Positions 55,074-64,000 of a DNA stretch of 64,000 bases are shown piece after piece (within the stretch, counting starts at the first letter, position 1; each line of letters starts with the position of its first letter). The notes below the pieces were generated by a model. That model was not told where the DNA came from. It worked only from the letters and a program-made list of their open reading frames with translations, and did no database searches. The DNA comes from a virus (lineage: Duplodnaviria; Caudoviricetes). The position numbers were made by a program, and so were the translations under genes. The stretch is taken from IMG/VR virus record IMGVR_UViG_3300046492_000458, positions 1,645-65,644 of that record; one strand, 5' to 3'.

Positions 55074-55099
55074 CCCCGGCCGCCCGGGAGGGATGAACC

Positions 55100-55948
55100 A
55101 TGGCGCTCATCTCCACCCTCGTCGACGACTTCAACGACGGCATCGTCGACCCCGCGAAATGGCCCAACAGCTTCGGCACATACTCGGAGGTCGGCGGCCG
55201 CGCCCGCGTCTCCTGCGACACCGGCTTCAACGCCTACAGCTCAGCCCTCGCGTACACGCTCGCCGGATCCTCGATCTACCTGCGCGGCTACCCGCCCGCG
55301 GCAGGAGGCGCCACCACCGAAGCGTGGGCGCAGATCCTCATCAAGTCGAGCACAGGCGGCACGGACCTCGGCTTCGAGCTGAGAGCGTTGACCGGCGAAC
55401 TCGTCATGTTCTCCCGCACCGGATTCTTCGACGCCGCAGCCGTGAACATCCCCTACTCGCCAACCGCTCACGCGTGGCTCCGAGTACGGGAAACAGGCGG
55501 CACGGTCTCCTGGGACACCAGCCCCGATGCCGCGACCTGGACCACCCGGCGCACCCTCGCCAGTCCGGCATGGGTCGCCGACGCCAATCTTGAGTTCCAG
55601 CTCATCGCCCACCGCGACAGCGGCACCGCCGACTTCGCCGAGTTCGACAACGTCAACATCACCGGAACCCGCGTCGCCCTCGGTACGGCCGGCGAGACGG
55701 ACACCGCGCGGACGCTCGGCGCCCGGAAGACGAAGCTCCCGCCCCTCGCGACCGGCATCGAGACGGCCGTCGCACTGGGCCGACGCAAGACCCACACCCT
55801 CACGCCAGCAGCCGAGATCGCGACGGCCGTAACCCTGGGTTCCCGCGTGGGTGACGACGACATCGACGTCACCATCGGCCAGCCCTACAGCCCATGGACC
55901 GCAGGCCAACCGACAGGCGCGTCGTGGTCCGTGGGCGAACCGCATTGA
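55100..55948 (+). CDS. Putative virion-associated beta-sandwich (lectin-like) protein
   Basis: DDFNDG N-terminus, WLRVRE.G, EFDNVN; repeated A.E..TA..LG tail. Confidence 0.6.
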   Translation: MALISTLVDDFNDGIVDPAKWPNSFGTYSEVGGRARVSCDTGFNAYSSALAYTLAGSSIYLRGYPPAAGGATTEAWAQILIKSSTGGTDLGFELRALTGELVMFSRTGFFDAAAVNIPYSPTAHAWLRVRETGGTVSWDTSPDAATWTTRRTLASPAWVADANLEFQLIAHRDSGTADFAEFDNVNITGTRVALGTAGETDTARTLGARKTKLPPLATGIETAVALGRRKTHTLTPAAEIATAVTLGSRVGDDDIDVTIGQPYSPWTAGQPTGASWSVGEPH

Positions 55949-55960
55949 GAGGTGGTGGAC

Positions 55961-56260
55961 ATGCAACTGCCCGCCACCACCACCGAATACGTCCGCATCC
56001 CCGTCACCCCACCTGCCGGAGTCAACATCACCGGCACCCCACCGAAGCTCGCGTTCCTGCCCACCTCGAACCGCGGCAACCCGACGGTCACCGACTGGCA
56101 GACCGGGACGTGGGCCAACGGCACCGAGGCGCGGCTCCTCGTCGGACCCGACAGTGGCGCGCTCACCCTGGCCGCAGGCGACTACCGCGTCTACGTGTCC
56201 TTCGACCCACCCGGCTCCGAGAACATCGTCCGCCTGTCCGGCTACCTCGGCATCACGTAG
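55961..56260 (+). CDS. Putative structural Ig-like protein
   Basis: LLVGP...L..GDY.VYV; GAGAGG RBS. Confidence 0.6.
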   Translation: MQLPATTTEYVRIPVTPPAGVNITGTPPKLAFLPTSNRGNPTVTDWQTGTWANGTEARLLVGPDSGALTLAAGDYRVYVSFDPPGSENIVRLSGYLGIT

Positions 56261-56272
56261 AGGGAGGATCGC

Positions 56273-56509
56273 GTGAGGAAGCGCAAGCCGCCGCACCGGC
56301 AGCCACGCGGGCCACGCGCCACACTCCCCACCGCGCGACCGCAGACACCAGGCCCGCCATGCGGACCCAACCTGCACCCCGAGATCAGCAGCGACCCGTG
56401 GTGGACCCACAACCACAACCTGTGCGGATGCTGGCACCAACACGACGAATGCCCCTGCGATCTCGTCGCCCACGTACCCGCCCACCTCGCAGCAGGCTGC
56501 ACCTGCTGA
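56273..56509 (+). CDS. Small Cys/His-rich protein
   Basis: GGGAGGA RBS. Confidence 0.5.
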   Translation: MRKRKPPHRQPRGPRATLPTARPQTPGPPCGPNLHPEISSDPWWTHNHNLCGCWHQHDECPCDLVAHVPAHLAAGCTC

Positions 56510-56528
56510 CCGCAGCGAGGAGGCCGCC

Positions 56529-56915
56529 ATGCCACGACGAACCGGCTGGCGCGTCTGCTCAACACCGCGATGCCCCGAGTTCACGGACAAGGGCGGCAAG
56601 TGTGACGGCTGCCGATCCGAGGCAGAGCAGCGACGTGGCACGGCACGGCAACGCGGATACGGCAAGCAACACGAGCAGCGCTTCAGACCCGGCGTGCTGG
56701 CCCGCGATCCACTGTGCGTCTGTGCCGAGGAGAGCCACGGTCACGGCTCACCCTGCGGCCAACGATCCGTACACGCCGACCACTGGCCACTCAGCCGACG
56801 CGAGCTCACAGCCCAAGGCCTGGACCCCGACGACCCGAAGCACGGACGCGGACTGTGCCAGAGCTGTCATGCCAAGGAGACCGCCGTTGCCCAGCCGGGA
56901 GGATGGAACCAGTGA
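56529..56915 (+). CDS. HNH-type packaging-associated endonuclease
   Basis: RGYG...RDPLC...ADH.P...GLCQSCHAKET; upstream of the terminase genes. Confidence 0.85.
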   Translation: MPRRTGWRVCSTPRCPEFTDKGGKCDGCRSEAEQRRGTARQRGYGKQHEQRFRPGVLARDPLCVCAEESHGHGSPCGQRSVHADHWPLSRRELTAQGLDPDDPKHGRGLCQSCHAKETAVAQPGGWNQ

Positions 56916-57301
56916 CCGCGCTCGGCATCCTCCTCGCTCACCTGGTCGGCGACTACCTGACCCAGTCCCACTGGATGGCAACCGAGAAGACCAAGCGCTG
57001 GTGGCCAGCATGGGCGCACGCCATCACCTACGGCCTGCCGTTCATCCTCATCACGAGGTCAGTGCCGGCTCTCGTTGTGATCGTCGCGACTCATGCAGTC
57101 ATCGATCACTACCGGCTTGCTCGGCACATCGTCTGGGCCAAGAACTTCCTCGCCCCAAAGGCCTACTGGCACCCATGGTCAGAGTGCTCGGCGACGGGCT
57201 ACCACCAGGACCAGCCGGCCTGGCTCGCCGTCTGGCTGATGATCATTGCCGACAACACCATGCACCTGGTGATCAACGCGGCGTCGGTGCGGTGGCTGTG
57301 A
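56912..57301 (+). CDS. DUF3307 membrane protein
   Basis: AHLVGDYLTQS.WMA, HAITY, THAVIDH, DNTMH. Confidence 0.85.
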   Translation: MTALGILLAHLVGDYLTQSHWMATEKTKRWWPAWAHAITYGLPFILITRSVPALVVIVATHAVIDHYRLARHIVWAKNFLAPKAYWHPWSECSATGYHQDQPAWLAVWLMIIADNTMHLVINAASVRWL

Positions 57302-57329
57302 TGGTCACTCCCGGTGACGGAGGCTTGAT

Positions 57330-57415
57330 CATCCCCACCCGGGGGACGGTCCAAGGTGATTCACTCTGGACCGCCGGGGAGGGACACAAGGTGTGCGTCA
57401 AATTCAAAACTTTCA
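57330..57415. other. Candidate cos/packaging site region
   Basis: Non-coding segment between HNH and terS: CCCCACCCGGGGG, GGTCCA...TGGACC dyad, ACCGCCGGGGAG, then AT-rich CAAATTCAAAACTTTC. Confidence 0.4.
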
Positions 57416-57506
57416 GAGATCAACTTCGCCTTGATCGTTAGTCACGTACCGTGACAGTCCGGAGCAAGATCGGGAACAGTGGGCGGCCCGCGATCGTTGA
57501 ATTGAC

Positions 57507-58199
57507 GTGAGCAACTCCCGTCTCTGCCGCGGCTGTCAGCAGCCGTTCCCTATCGGTGCGCGCGAGCGCAACCCGCGTGTTTGGTGCAGCGACTCGTGCC
57601 GCCGGTGGGCGGGTCTTCATCCGGGCGAAGTACGATCCACGCAGCGAACCTGCATGGGGTGTAAGGCCGACATCTCCCATCGGCCGATGCAAGCCAAGTG
57701 GTGCTCGAAGCGCTGCTTCGAGACCGTCAAGGGGACGCGGCGAAGTACGCCACTGCTGGGCGCCATCTGCGCTCTCGCGGAGTGCGGAGCCCCTTTCCAG
57801 CCGAAGCAGGAAGGGCAGCGCTGCTGCTCGGAGAAGCACGGCAAGCTCCAATACAACCGCGAGTCGCGCGCCGACGGACGTCAGAAGTCCTCGGTGTGGA
57901 ACGACAAGCGCCGCGACAACTACCACCGCCGCCGGGCCTTGAAGAAGGCCACGGCAACTGGCGAACCGGTGCTGTTCGCGGAGATAGCGGAGCGGGACCG
58001 CTGGCGTTGCTCCCTCTGTAAGAAGGTCGTGAATCCGGCGGTGAAGTGGCCGGACCCGAAGAGCCCGAGCCTGGATCACGTGGTGCCGCTCTCGAAGGGC
58101 GGCGCGCACGATCCCTCGAATGTCGCCTTGGCGCACCTGGGGTGCAACACGGCGAAGAACAACCGTGGCGGCGGCGAGCAACTGATGCTGATCGGCTAA
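57507..58199 (+). CDS. HNH endonuclease with three N-terminal Zn-finger repeats (homing-like)
   Basis: CxxC...WCS.xC repeats; RDRWRCSLC, SLDHVVPLSKGG.H...NVALAHLGCNTAK. Confidence 0.9.
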   Translation: MSNSRLCRGCQQPFPIGARERNPRVWCSDSCRRWAGLHPGEVRSTQRTCMGCKADISHRPMQAKWCSKRCFETVKGTRRSTPLLGAICALAECGAPFQPKQEGQRCCSEKHGKLQYNRESRADGRQKSSVWNDKRRDNYHRRRALKKATATGEPVLFAEIAERDRWRCSLCKKVVNPAVKWPDPKSPSLDHVVPLSKGGAHDPSNVALAHLGCNTAKNNRGGGEQLMLIG

Positions 58200-58353
58200 G
58201 CACCGTGCGGGAGGATATGGCAGCCTCCCTGCGTTTCGCCTGCAGTACGACACCGGAGCCCCCGCATCGTCGGGGGTTCCGCCATGTCTGGACCGGCTGT
58301 GCGCAAGGCCAGCCGGGTGTGATCGCCGCAATGGCGTGATCAAGGAGTTCGAC

Positions 58354-58533
58354 ATGCAGTGGTTTCTGCTGGGTACGGCGCTGTGGCTTGTGCTGGGCGC
58401 CCTTTCCTCGGTGACCTCGGTCGGTAAGGAGAGGAAGCCGATCTCTGGAGGTACGGCCGCCGTAGGAGTGCTGATCCATGGGGCGTTGGCCGCCGGGCTG
58501 ATCGTCGCTGCAGTGGGGTGGTCGCATGCCTAG
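58354..58533 (+). CDS. Small 2-TM membrane protein
   Basis: AAGGAG RBS; two hydrophobic helices. Confidence 0.65.
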   Translation: MQWFLLGTALWLVLGALSSVTSVGKERKPISGGTAAVGVLIHGALAAGLIVAAVGWSHA

Positions 58534-58999
58534 CGGCGGTGCGCGTGCACGCTCCGGTCCTGCCCCTGACCCGACTGCGCTGCGGCGTGACCGGGATGCC
58601 GGCGAGTGGACGATCCTGCCTGCGGAGGGCCGACAGGGCGCAACGCCCGAGTGGCCGCTGACCGAGCAGACGATCCGTGAAGCCGACCTGTGGGGCGCCT
58701 TGTGGCGGAAGCCACAGGCGATCATGTGGGAGCGGTATGGCCAGGAGTTCGAGGTGGCGCTGTACGTGCGCCGCTTCTCCGAGGCCGAGTTGATGGACTC
58801 CCGGGTGAATCTGTCGACGCTAATCCGGCAGATGGCGGACTCGCTGGGTCTGACGACGCCGGGGATGCGGGCGAACCGGTGGCGGATCGCGGTCGATGAG
58901 GTCGCGGAGCGCCGTGAGGGGGCCGGGAAGCAGCAGCCGGCCACGCGGCGCGCGGCTCGGGATCGTTTCAAGGTCGTGCCCGGTGACGGGGGCGAGTGA
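58526..58999 (+). CDS. terS: Terminase small subunit
   Basis: SGGARARSGPAPDP, W..LW..PQA..W, LGLT..GM...RW; directly upstream of terL. Confidence 0.82.
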   Translation: MPSGGARARSGPAPDPTALRRDRDAGEWTILPAEGRQGATPEWPLTEQTIREADLWGALWRKPQAIMWERYGQEFEVALYVRRFSEAELMDSRVNLSTLIRQMADSLGLTTPGMRANRWRIAVDEVAERREGAGKQQPATRRAARDRFKVVPGDGGE

Positions 59000-60620
59000 G
59001 CAGGTCGTCCAGTGGCCCACGCTCGGCTTTCTGATCGCGGACTGGGTTGAGGCGCACTGCGTCATCCCGGACGGGTTCTCTGCTGGTGAGCCGTATGTTC
59101 TGACGGACGAGATGCTGTGGTTCTTCCTGAACCACTACCGGGTGAAGCCCGGGGCGACGCGCGAGCGCTCGATGTTGTCGCCAGCGTCGGCGTTCCATTT
59201 CCGGCGTAGCCAGCTGGTCCGTCCGCAGAAGTGGGGCAAGGGACCGTTGACTGCCGCGCAGGTCTGCGTGGAGGGTGTCGGGCCTGCCGTGTTCGCCGGT
59301 TGGGCGGCTGGCGGCGAGGTCTACGACTGCCGGGTTCACGGCTGCGGCTGTGGCTGGGTGTTCGAGTACGAGCCGGGCGATCCGATGGGTATGCCGTGGC
59401 CGACGCCGCTGATTCAGATCACGGCGTTCTCGGAGGAGCAGACCGACAACATTTACGGCGCCCTCAGGCCGATGATCGACAAGGGTCCGTTGTCGGAGCT
59501 GATTCCGAAGACGGGCGAGGAGTTCATCCGCCTTCCGGGTGGCGGCCGCGTCGACACGGTGACGTCGTCGGCCCAGTCTCGCCTCGGCCAGCGCGTGACG
59601 TTCGTGCCTCAGGACGAGACTGGCATCTGGACGACTGAGAACAAGATGCAGAAGGTTGCCGATACGCAGCGGCGTGGCCTGGCGGGTATGGGTGGCCGGT
59701 CGACGGAGACGACGAACGGCTGGGACCCGTCGGAGAACAGCGTGGCGCAGCGGTCGTTCGAGGCGAAGGTCCAGGACATCTTCCGGGACTTTCGCAAGGC
59801 GCCGGCCGATCTGAACTACGCCAAGAAGACGGACCGTCGGAAGATCCATAAGGCGGTGTACGGCGACTCCTGGTGGGTCGACCTCGACGCGATCGAGGCC
59901 GAGGCCGCGGAGTTGCTGGAGCGTGACCAGGCGCAGGCGGAGCGGTTCTTCGGGAACCGGATCACGGCCGGTACCGGTACATGGCTGGCCCGGGATCGTT
60001 GGGATCTGCGGGCGGTACCCCGTGAAGTCCCGGACGGTACGCCTGTTGTCCTCGGCTTCGACGGCTCGGACATCGACGACTGGACCGGCATCCGCGCCGA
60101 GACGCTGGACGGCTATCAGTTCACACCGGTGTACAGCTCGCTGGAACTGCCGACTATCTGGGATCCAGCCGAGTGGGGCGGTCAGACGCCGCGGCTTGAG
60201 GTAGATGCGGCGGTGGATGAACTGATGCGTCGCTATCGGGTGGTGCGCATGTACTGCGATCCGCCGTACTGGCCAACCGAGGTCGATACCTGGGCGGAGC
60301 GGTACGGCGAGAAGCGCGTGGTCCGCTGGTACACGCACCGGGATGTTCAGACGCATGCGGCCTGCGAGCGCCTGTTGACGGACGTGACAAAGGCCGACAG
60401 CGGATTCACGCACGACGGTTGCGAAGACACATCGGCGCACGTGGGGCACGCGCGGAGGGCGGCCCGCACCGCTGGCCGCTACGTGCTCCGGAAGGCCGCG
60501 CCCCATCAAAAGATCGACATGGCGATGGTGTCCATCCTCGCCCACGAGGCGGCGGGCGACGCAATCGCAGCTGGCCAGGCCCGGCCGAAGGTTTCCCGGA
60601 AGACGACTGTGATGCGCTGA
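58983..60620 (+). CDS. terL: Terminase large subunit
   Basis: RPQKWGKGP Walker A, QDETG Walker B, LGFDGS..DD nuclease, KIDMAM. Confidence 0.93.
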   Translation: MTGASEQVVQWPTLGFLIADWVEAHCVIPDGFSAGEPYVLTDEMLWFFLNHYRVKPGATRERSMLSPASAFHFRRSQLVRPQKWGKGPLTAAQVCVEGVGPAVFAGWAAGGEVYDCRVHGCGCGWVFEYEPGDPMGMPWPTPLIQITAFSEEQTDNIYGALRPMIDKGPLSELIPKTGEEFIRLPGGGRVDTVTSSAQSRLGQRVTFVPQDETGIWTTENKMQKVADTQRRGLAGMGGRSTETTNGWDPSENSVAQRSFEAKVQDIFRDFRKAPADLNYAKKTDRRKIHKAVYGDSWWVDLDAIEAEAAELLERDQAQAERFFGNRITAGTGTWLARDRWDLRAVPREVPDGTPVVLGFDGSDIDDWTGIRAETLDGYQFTPVYSSLELPTIWDPAEWGGQTPRLEVDAAVDELMRRYRVVRMYCDPPYWPTEVDTWAERYGEKRVVRWYTHRDVQTHAACERLLTDVTKADSGFTHDGCEDTSAHVGHARRAARTAGRYVLRKAAPHQKIDMAMVSILAHEAAGDAIAAGQARPKVSRKTTVMR

Positions 60621-60638
60621 CGATGACGGGGGTGACCT

Positions 60639-62024
60639 GTGGCCCTCGACCTCGAGCCGGATGCCTGGCTGAAGCGGCTGATTGCGGCGCACGACAACGA
60701 CCTGCCGCAGCTGCGGTTGATGGACAGCTACTACGAGGGCACGCAGCCTCTGTCGTATCTGGCGCCGGAGATCCAGTCGGAGCTGTCGGACCGGATGCGG
60801 CAGCTGGTCATCAACTGGCCGCAGCTGGTCGTCGATGCGCTGGATGAGCGGCTGGACGTCGAGGGTTTCCGGTACGCGGACTCGGAGACGACGGCCGAGG
60901 ATCTGTGGTCGGTGTGGCAGGCCTCCGACATGGACGAGGGCAGTCAGCAGGCCCACGTTGACGCGCTGGCGCTGAAGCGCTCCTATGTGATCATCGGTGC
61001 GAACGAGACCGACGAGTCGACGCCGATCATCACGGCCGAGTCCGCGCTGGAAGTCTTCGCCGAGCGGGATCCGCGGACGCGTCAGGTGATGGCGGCGATC
61101 AAGCGGTGGGATGAGCCCGCGGCGGCCGGGTCCGCTCCGGTGAAGTGGGCGACGCTGTATCTACCGAAGAAGCGGTGCACGTTCGAGCAGCAGAAGGGCG
61201 TCTGGGTCGAAGTCGACCGGGACGAGCACAACGTGGGCCAGGTGCTGGTGGTACCGCTGGCGAACCGGCCGCGGCTTCGGCATCTGGACGGCACGTCTGA
61301 GCTGCGTTCGGTGATTCCGATCTCGGACGCGGCATGCAAGATCGCCTCGGACATGATGGTGTCTGCGGAGTATCACGCGATGCCGCGCCGGTGGGCGACG
61401 GGCATGTCCCGGGATGATTTCGCCGACGAGAACGGGCAGCCGCTCGGCGCAATGTCGTCACTGGCGGGCCGTCTGTGGGTGAACGAGGGCGAGAGCGTCA
61501 AGTTCGGCCAGTTCCCCGAGGCGCAGCTCTCGAACTTCCACGAGACGATCAACGTTCTTGCCCGGCTGGTGGCCGCCCTGACAGGCCTGCCTCCCGCGTT
61601 CCTCGGCCTGGCCACCGACCAGCCGCCGTCGGCGGATGCGATCCGTGCGTCGGAGGCCCGCCTGGTGAAGCGTGCGGAACGCAGGCAGCGGGCGTTCGGT
61701 GAGGCGTGGGAGAGGGTGATGAGGCTCGTTCTGCTCGTGCGGGACGGCGACTTGGACCCGCGGACCCGCAAGCTGGAGACGGTCTGGCGGGACCCGGCGA
61801 CGCCGACCTACGCCCAGAAGGCGGACGCGGTCGTCAAGCTGCACACCAGCGGCATTCTGCCGACGGAGCAGGCCTGGGAGGACCTCGGCTACTCGGCGGT
61901 GCAGCGGGACCGGATGCGGGGCATGCAGGATGAAGCCCTGACCCGTATGACCGCGATGGATCTACAGCAGCTGTCTACGGCCCAGCCGGAGCCGCAGCCC
62001 TTCGAGGCCCCTCCGGGAGGCTGA
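60639..62024 (+). CDS. Phage portal protein (SPP1 gp6-like)
   Basis: YYEG.Q, NWPQLVVD, G.SEL, P.R..TG, SADAIRA, W.DP. Confidence 0.93.
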   Translation: MALDLEPDAWLKRLIAAHDNDLPQLRLMDSYYEGTQPLSYLAPEIQSELSDRMRQLVINWPQLVVDALDERLDVEGFRYADSETTAEDLWSVWQASDMDEGSQQAHVDALALKRSYVIIGANETDESTPIITAESALEVFAERDPRTRQVMAAIKRWDEPAAAGSAPVKWATLYLPKKRCTFEQQKGVWVEVDRDEHNVGQVLVVPLANRPRLRHLDGTSELRSVIPISDAACKIASDMMVSAEYHAMPRRWATGMSRDDFADENGQPLGAMSSLAGRLWVNEGESVKFGQFPEAQLSNFHETINVLARLVAALTGLPPAFLGLATDQPPSADAIRASEARLVKRAERRQRAFGEAWERVMRLVLLVRDGDLDPRTRKLETVWRDPATPTYAQKADAVVKLHTSGILPTEQAWEDLGYSAVQRDRMRGMQDEALTRMTAMDLQQLSTAQPEPQPFEAPPGG

Positions 62025-62025
62025 C

Positions 62026-63063
62026 GTGGCCGTTGTGACGCAGGCGCACCAGGAGGTCGCCGACGCCTACGGGCGGGCCCAGCAGCGGGCTGTCATTCAG
62101 ACGACGGTCACGCTCGAGCGGCTGTGGAAGGAACTCGCGGCCACGGACCTTTCGCGGTCCTGGTTGGGAGGCTTGGGTGCGGCGATGGTCCGGGCTGTTT
62201 CCGTCGGCCAGCTGGTCGCGGCATCGACGGGTCAGCCGTACATCGAGGCGATGGTCCGGATGGACGGGCTGTCGAGCGACTACCTGGAGCAGGCGGCGCG
62301 TGTGGATGCCCGGTCGTTTTCGGGTGTCGCTGCGGACGGCCGGACGCTGGACTCGCTGCTGTACCTGCCGGTGATCCGCACGAAGACCCTGATCGGCAAT
62401 GGCTTGACGCTCCAGGAGGCCATGCTCGCCGGGCAGGCCCAGCTACTACGCATGGCCGCCTCGGAGGTCGCCGATGCGGGCCGCGGCGCGGCCGGTGTGG
62501 CGATGGTCGCGAACCGCACGGTGACTGGCTACGTCCGGATGGTCCGCTCGGGGGCGTGCGCACGCTGCGCGATTCTCGCGGGCCGCTGGTACCGCTGGAA
62601 CGCCGACTTCCAACGCCATAAGCGCTGCCAGTGTTATGGCACGCCCGCGACAGAGGCCCGCCCGGGTCGCCGCACGAACCCGATGTCGTTCTTCAACGGC
62701 CTGTCCCGCGCTGAGCAGGATCGCCGGTTCACGATCGGCGGCGCTGAGGCGATCCGGAACGGCGCGGACATCTACAAGGTCGTCAATGCGAGCCGCAGCG
62801 TACAAACGCTGGACGCCTACGGGCAGAAGGTCGTAGCCACGCTTGAGGGCACGACGCGCCGTGGGGAGTTCTTCCAGCAGATGCGTCGCGAGGCGGAGCA
62901 GAGGACCGGGCAGCGGTTCGCCCGTACCGGCGCCGACGTCGAGCAGGGCCTGCCCCGGTTCCACCTCCGGACGCCACGGCTGACCCCCGGCGAGATTCTG
63001 CGGCTGTCCGAGGACCGCGACGAGCTGATCAGGATGCTCAAGCGCTTCGGTTATCTCAACTAG
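62026..63063 (+). CDS. MuF-like minor capsid/maturation protein
   Basis: ACARCAILAG...FQRHKRCQC; position after portal. Confidence 0.82.
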   Translation: MAVVTQAHQEVADAYGRAQQRAVIQTTVTLERLWKELAATDLSRSWLGGLGAAMVRAVSVGQLVAASTGQPYIEAMVRMDGLSSDYLEQAARVDARSFSGVAADGRTLDSLLYLPVIRTKTLIGNGLTLQEAMLAGQAQLLRMAASEVADAGRGAAGVAMVANRTVTGYVRMVRSGACARCAILAGRWYRWNADFQRHKRCQCYGTPATEARPGRRTNPMSFFNGLSRAEQDRRFTIGGAEAIRNGADIYKVVNASRSVQTLDAYGQKVVATLEGTTRRGEFFQQMRREAEQRTGQRFARTGADVEQGLPRFHLRTPRLTPGEILRLSEDRDELIRMLKRFGYLN

Positions 63064-63154
63064 CCGATTCCGGGCAAGGGCCAACCACTGAACTATCACC
63101 GAGGGGTCCCGCAATGGGGCCCCTTTCGCATGTCCACAAGAAGGGGCGGACGCA

Positions 63155-63895
63155 ATGTCCACCGAGATCGAGATCACGAAGGTCCCGGCAACCGGGATCG
63201 CCTGGTTCAACCTGTCCCGACACGACGACCCCGAGCCGTCCGACCCGGAGCCTGCTCCGGAACCGGCGGACGACCCCGCAGACCCTGAGCCCGAGCCGGA
63301 TCCTGCAGACGATCCGGCGGACCCCGAGCCCGAGCCGGAGCCCGAGGGCGCCGACAAGCTCGGCGACGCGGGCAAGAAAGCCCTCGACCGCATGAAGGCC
63401 GAGAAGGCGGAAGCCCGGAAGGCCGCGGCCGCGGAGAAGAAGCGCGCTGACGACCTCGCCCGCCAGGTCGAGGAGTTCAAGGACCGAGACCGGACCGAGT
63501 CGGAGAAGCTCGCGGCGAAGGCCGAACGGGCTGCCCAGCGGGAGGCCAAGGCGACCGCCCGCGCGGTGGCGGCCGAGGTCCGCGCCGCGGCCGGAGAGTT
63601 CGCCGACCCGACTGACGCGGTGGACGTGCTGATGCGTGACCCCAGCCAGTACGTCGACGCGGACGGCGAGATCGACATGGACGCCATCGGGACGGCCCTG
63701 TCGGATCTGCTGGAGCGCAAGCCGCACTGGGCCAGGCCCGAGCCGGCTGCTCCCGCCCCCGAGAAGAAGCCGCAGCCCAAGCCGGACCCCGGTCAGGGCT
63801 CGCGTGGTGCTCCCGCGCCGGTGAACTACCTCGAGGCCTCGAAGGACGAGGTCGCCCAGGAGCTCGCCAAGTACGGCTACAGGCAGCGCGTGTGA
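63155..63895 (+). CDS. Capsid scaffolding protein
   Basis: D/P/E repeat N-terminus, LGDAGKKAL, coiled coil, KPHWA, PDPGQG.R. Confidence 0.85.
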   Translation: MSTEIEITKVPATGIAWFNLSRHDDPEPSDPEPAPEPADDPADPEPEPDPADDPADPEPEPEPEGADKLGDAGKKALDRMKAEKAEARKAAAAEKKRADDLARQVEEFKDRDRTESEKLAAKAERAAQREAKATARAVAAEVRAAAGEFADPTDAVDVLMRDPSQYVDADGEIDMDAIGTALSDLLERKPHWARPEPAAPAPEKKPQPKPDPGQGSRGAPAPVNYLEASKDEVAQELAKYGYRQRV

Positions 63896-64000
63896 TCACG
63901 GTCCGGGCCCGGTTGGGCGGCGGACGCACCTCGATTGAGGTGTCCGGTCACGACGAGCCTGCTGCTGGGGGTCGCGTCTGCGCCGCCGTGTCGGCCATCA
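63892..64000 (+). CDS. prp: Prp (DUF464) cysteine protease, 3'-truncated by the window edge
   Basis: IEVSGH...RVCAAVSAI His/Cys catalytic motif. Confidence 0.8.
   Translation, partial: MITVRARLGGGRTSIEVSGHDEPAAGGRVCAAVSAI

Larger units (their letters stand above)
1..64000. mobile_element. Part of a temperate Streptomyces-type siphovirus/phage-plasmid carrying Par, Rep and Tra/Spd modules
   Basis: Terminase, portal, MuF-like and scaffold genes at 58.5-64 kb; parA and Rep-like genes at 0.8-6.3 kb; TraB-like ATPase at 48.2-50.5 kb; no host housekeeping genes seen; element ends not visible. Confidence 0.85.

Noticed and set aside
56529-56915. Holin interpretation of the small gene before the packaging region
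   Set aside because: No transmembrane segment; Cys/His motifs fit an HNH nuclease.
58255-58282. GGAGCCCCCG...CGGGGGTTCC hairpin resembling a CRISPR repeat
   Set aside because: Lacks the CCCCGC-N4-GCGGGG geometry; better explained as a terminator-like hairpin after the HNH gene.
63225-63345. Tandem DNA repeats in the scaffold gene
   Set aside because: Explained by the in-frame D/P/E low-complexity protein repeat.

Overview
This is a high-GC, Streptomyces-type temperate siphovirus that looks like a phage-plasmid. Left part: a plasmid-type replicon (HTH Rep-like gene, DciA, parA plus a partner gene, two palindromic parS-like sites). Middle: two long converging arms of small early genes (gp37/68, RusA-like, WhiB, SSB, two DNA methyltransferases, NERD, HIT, DEDDh exonuclease, and a phage-type initiator with internal iterons). 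Four copies of one 28-bp operator/promoter drive these arms. Right part: a Streptomyces conjugation module (GntR/Kor-like, DUF2637 Spd-like, TraB-like ATPase), then packaging and head genes (HNH, cos candidate, TerS, TerL, portal, MuF-like, scaffold, Prp protease). Where the two early arms meet (24.1-27.5 kb) lies the most unusual region. It holds (i) a cas-less small-RNA unit of two type I-E-like CRISPR repeats around a 14-nt spacer, with a PafBC/RecA-NDp-type promoter motif and a terminator, and (ii) a secreted propeptide with three DTTWG motifs divergent from a TrmB-like/LuxR regulator, a candidate peptide communication system. All family calls come from motifs read by eye; no database search was run. 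No integrase, att site, cas gene or obvious cI repressor is visible in the window.
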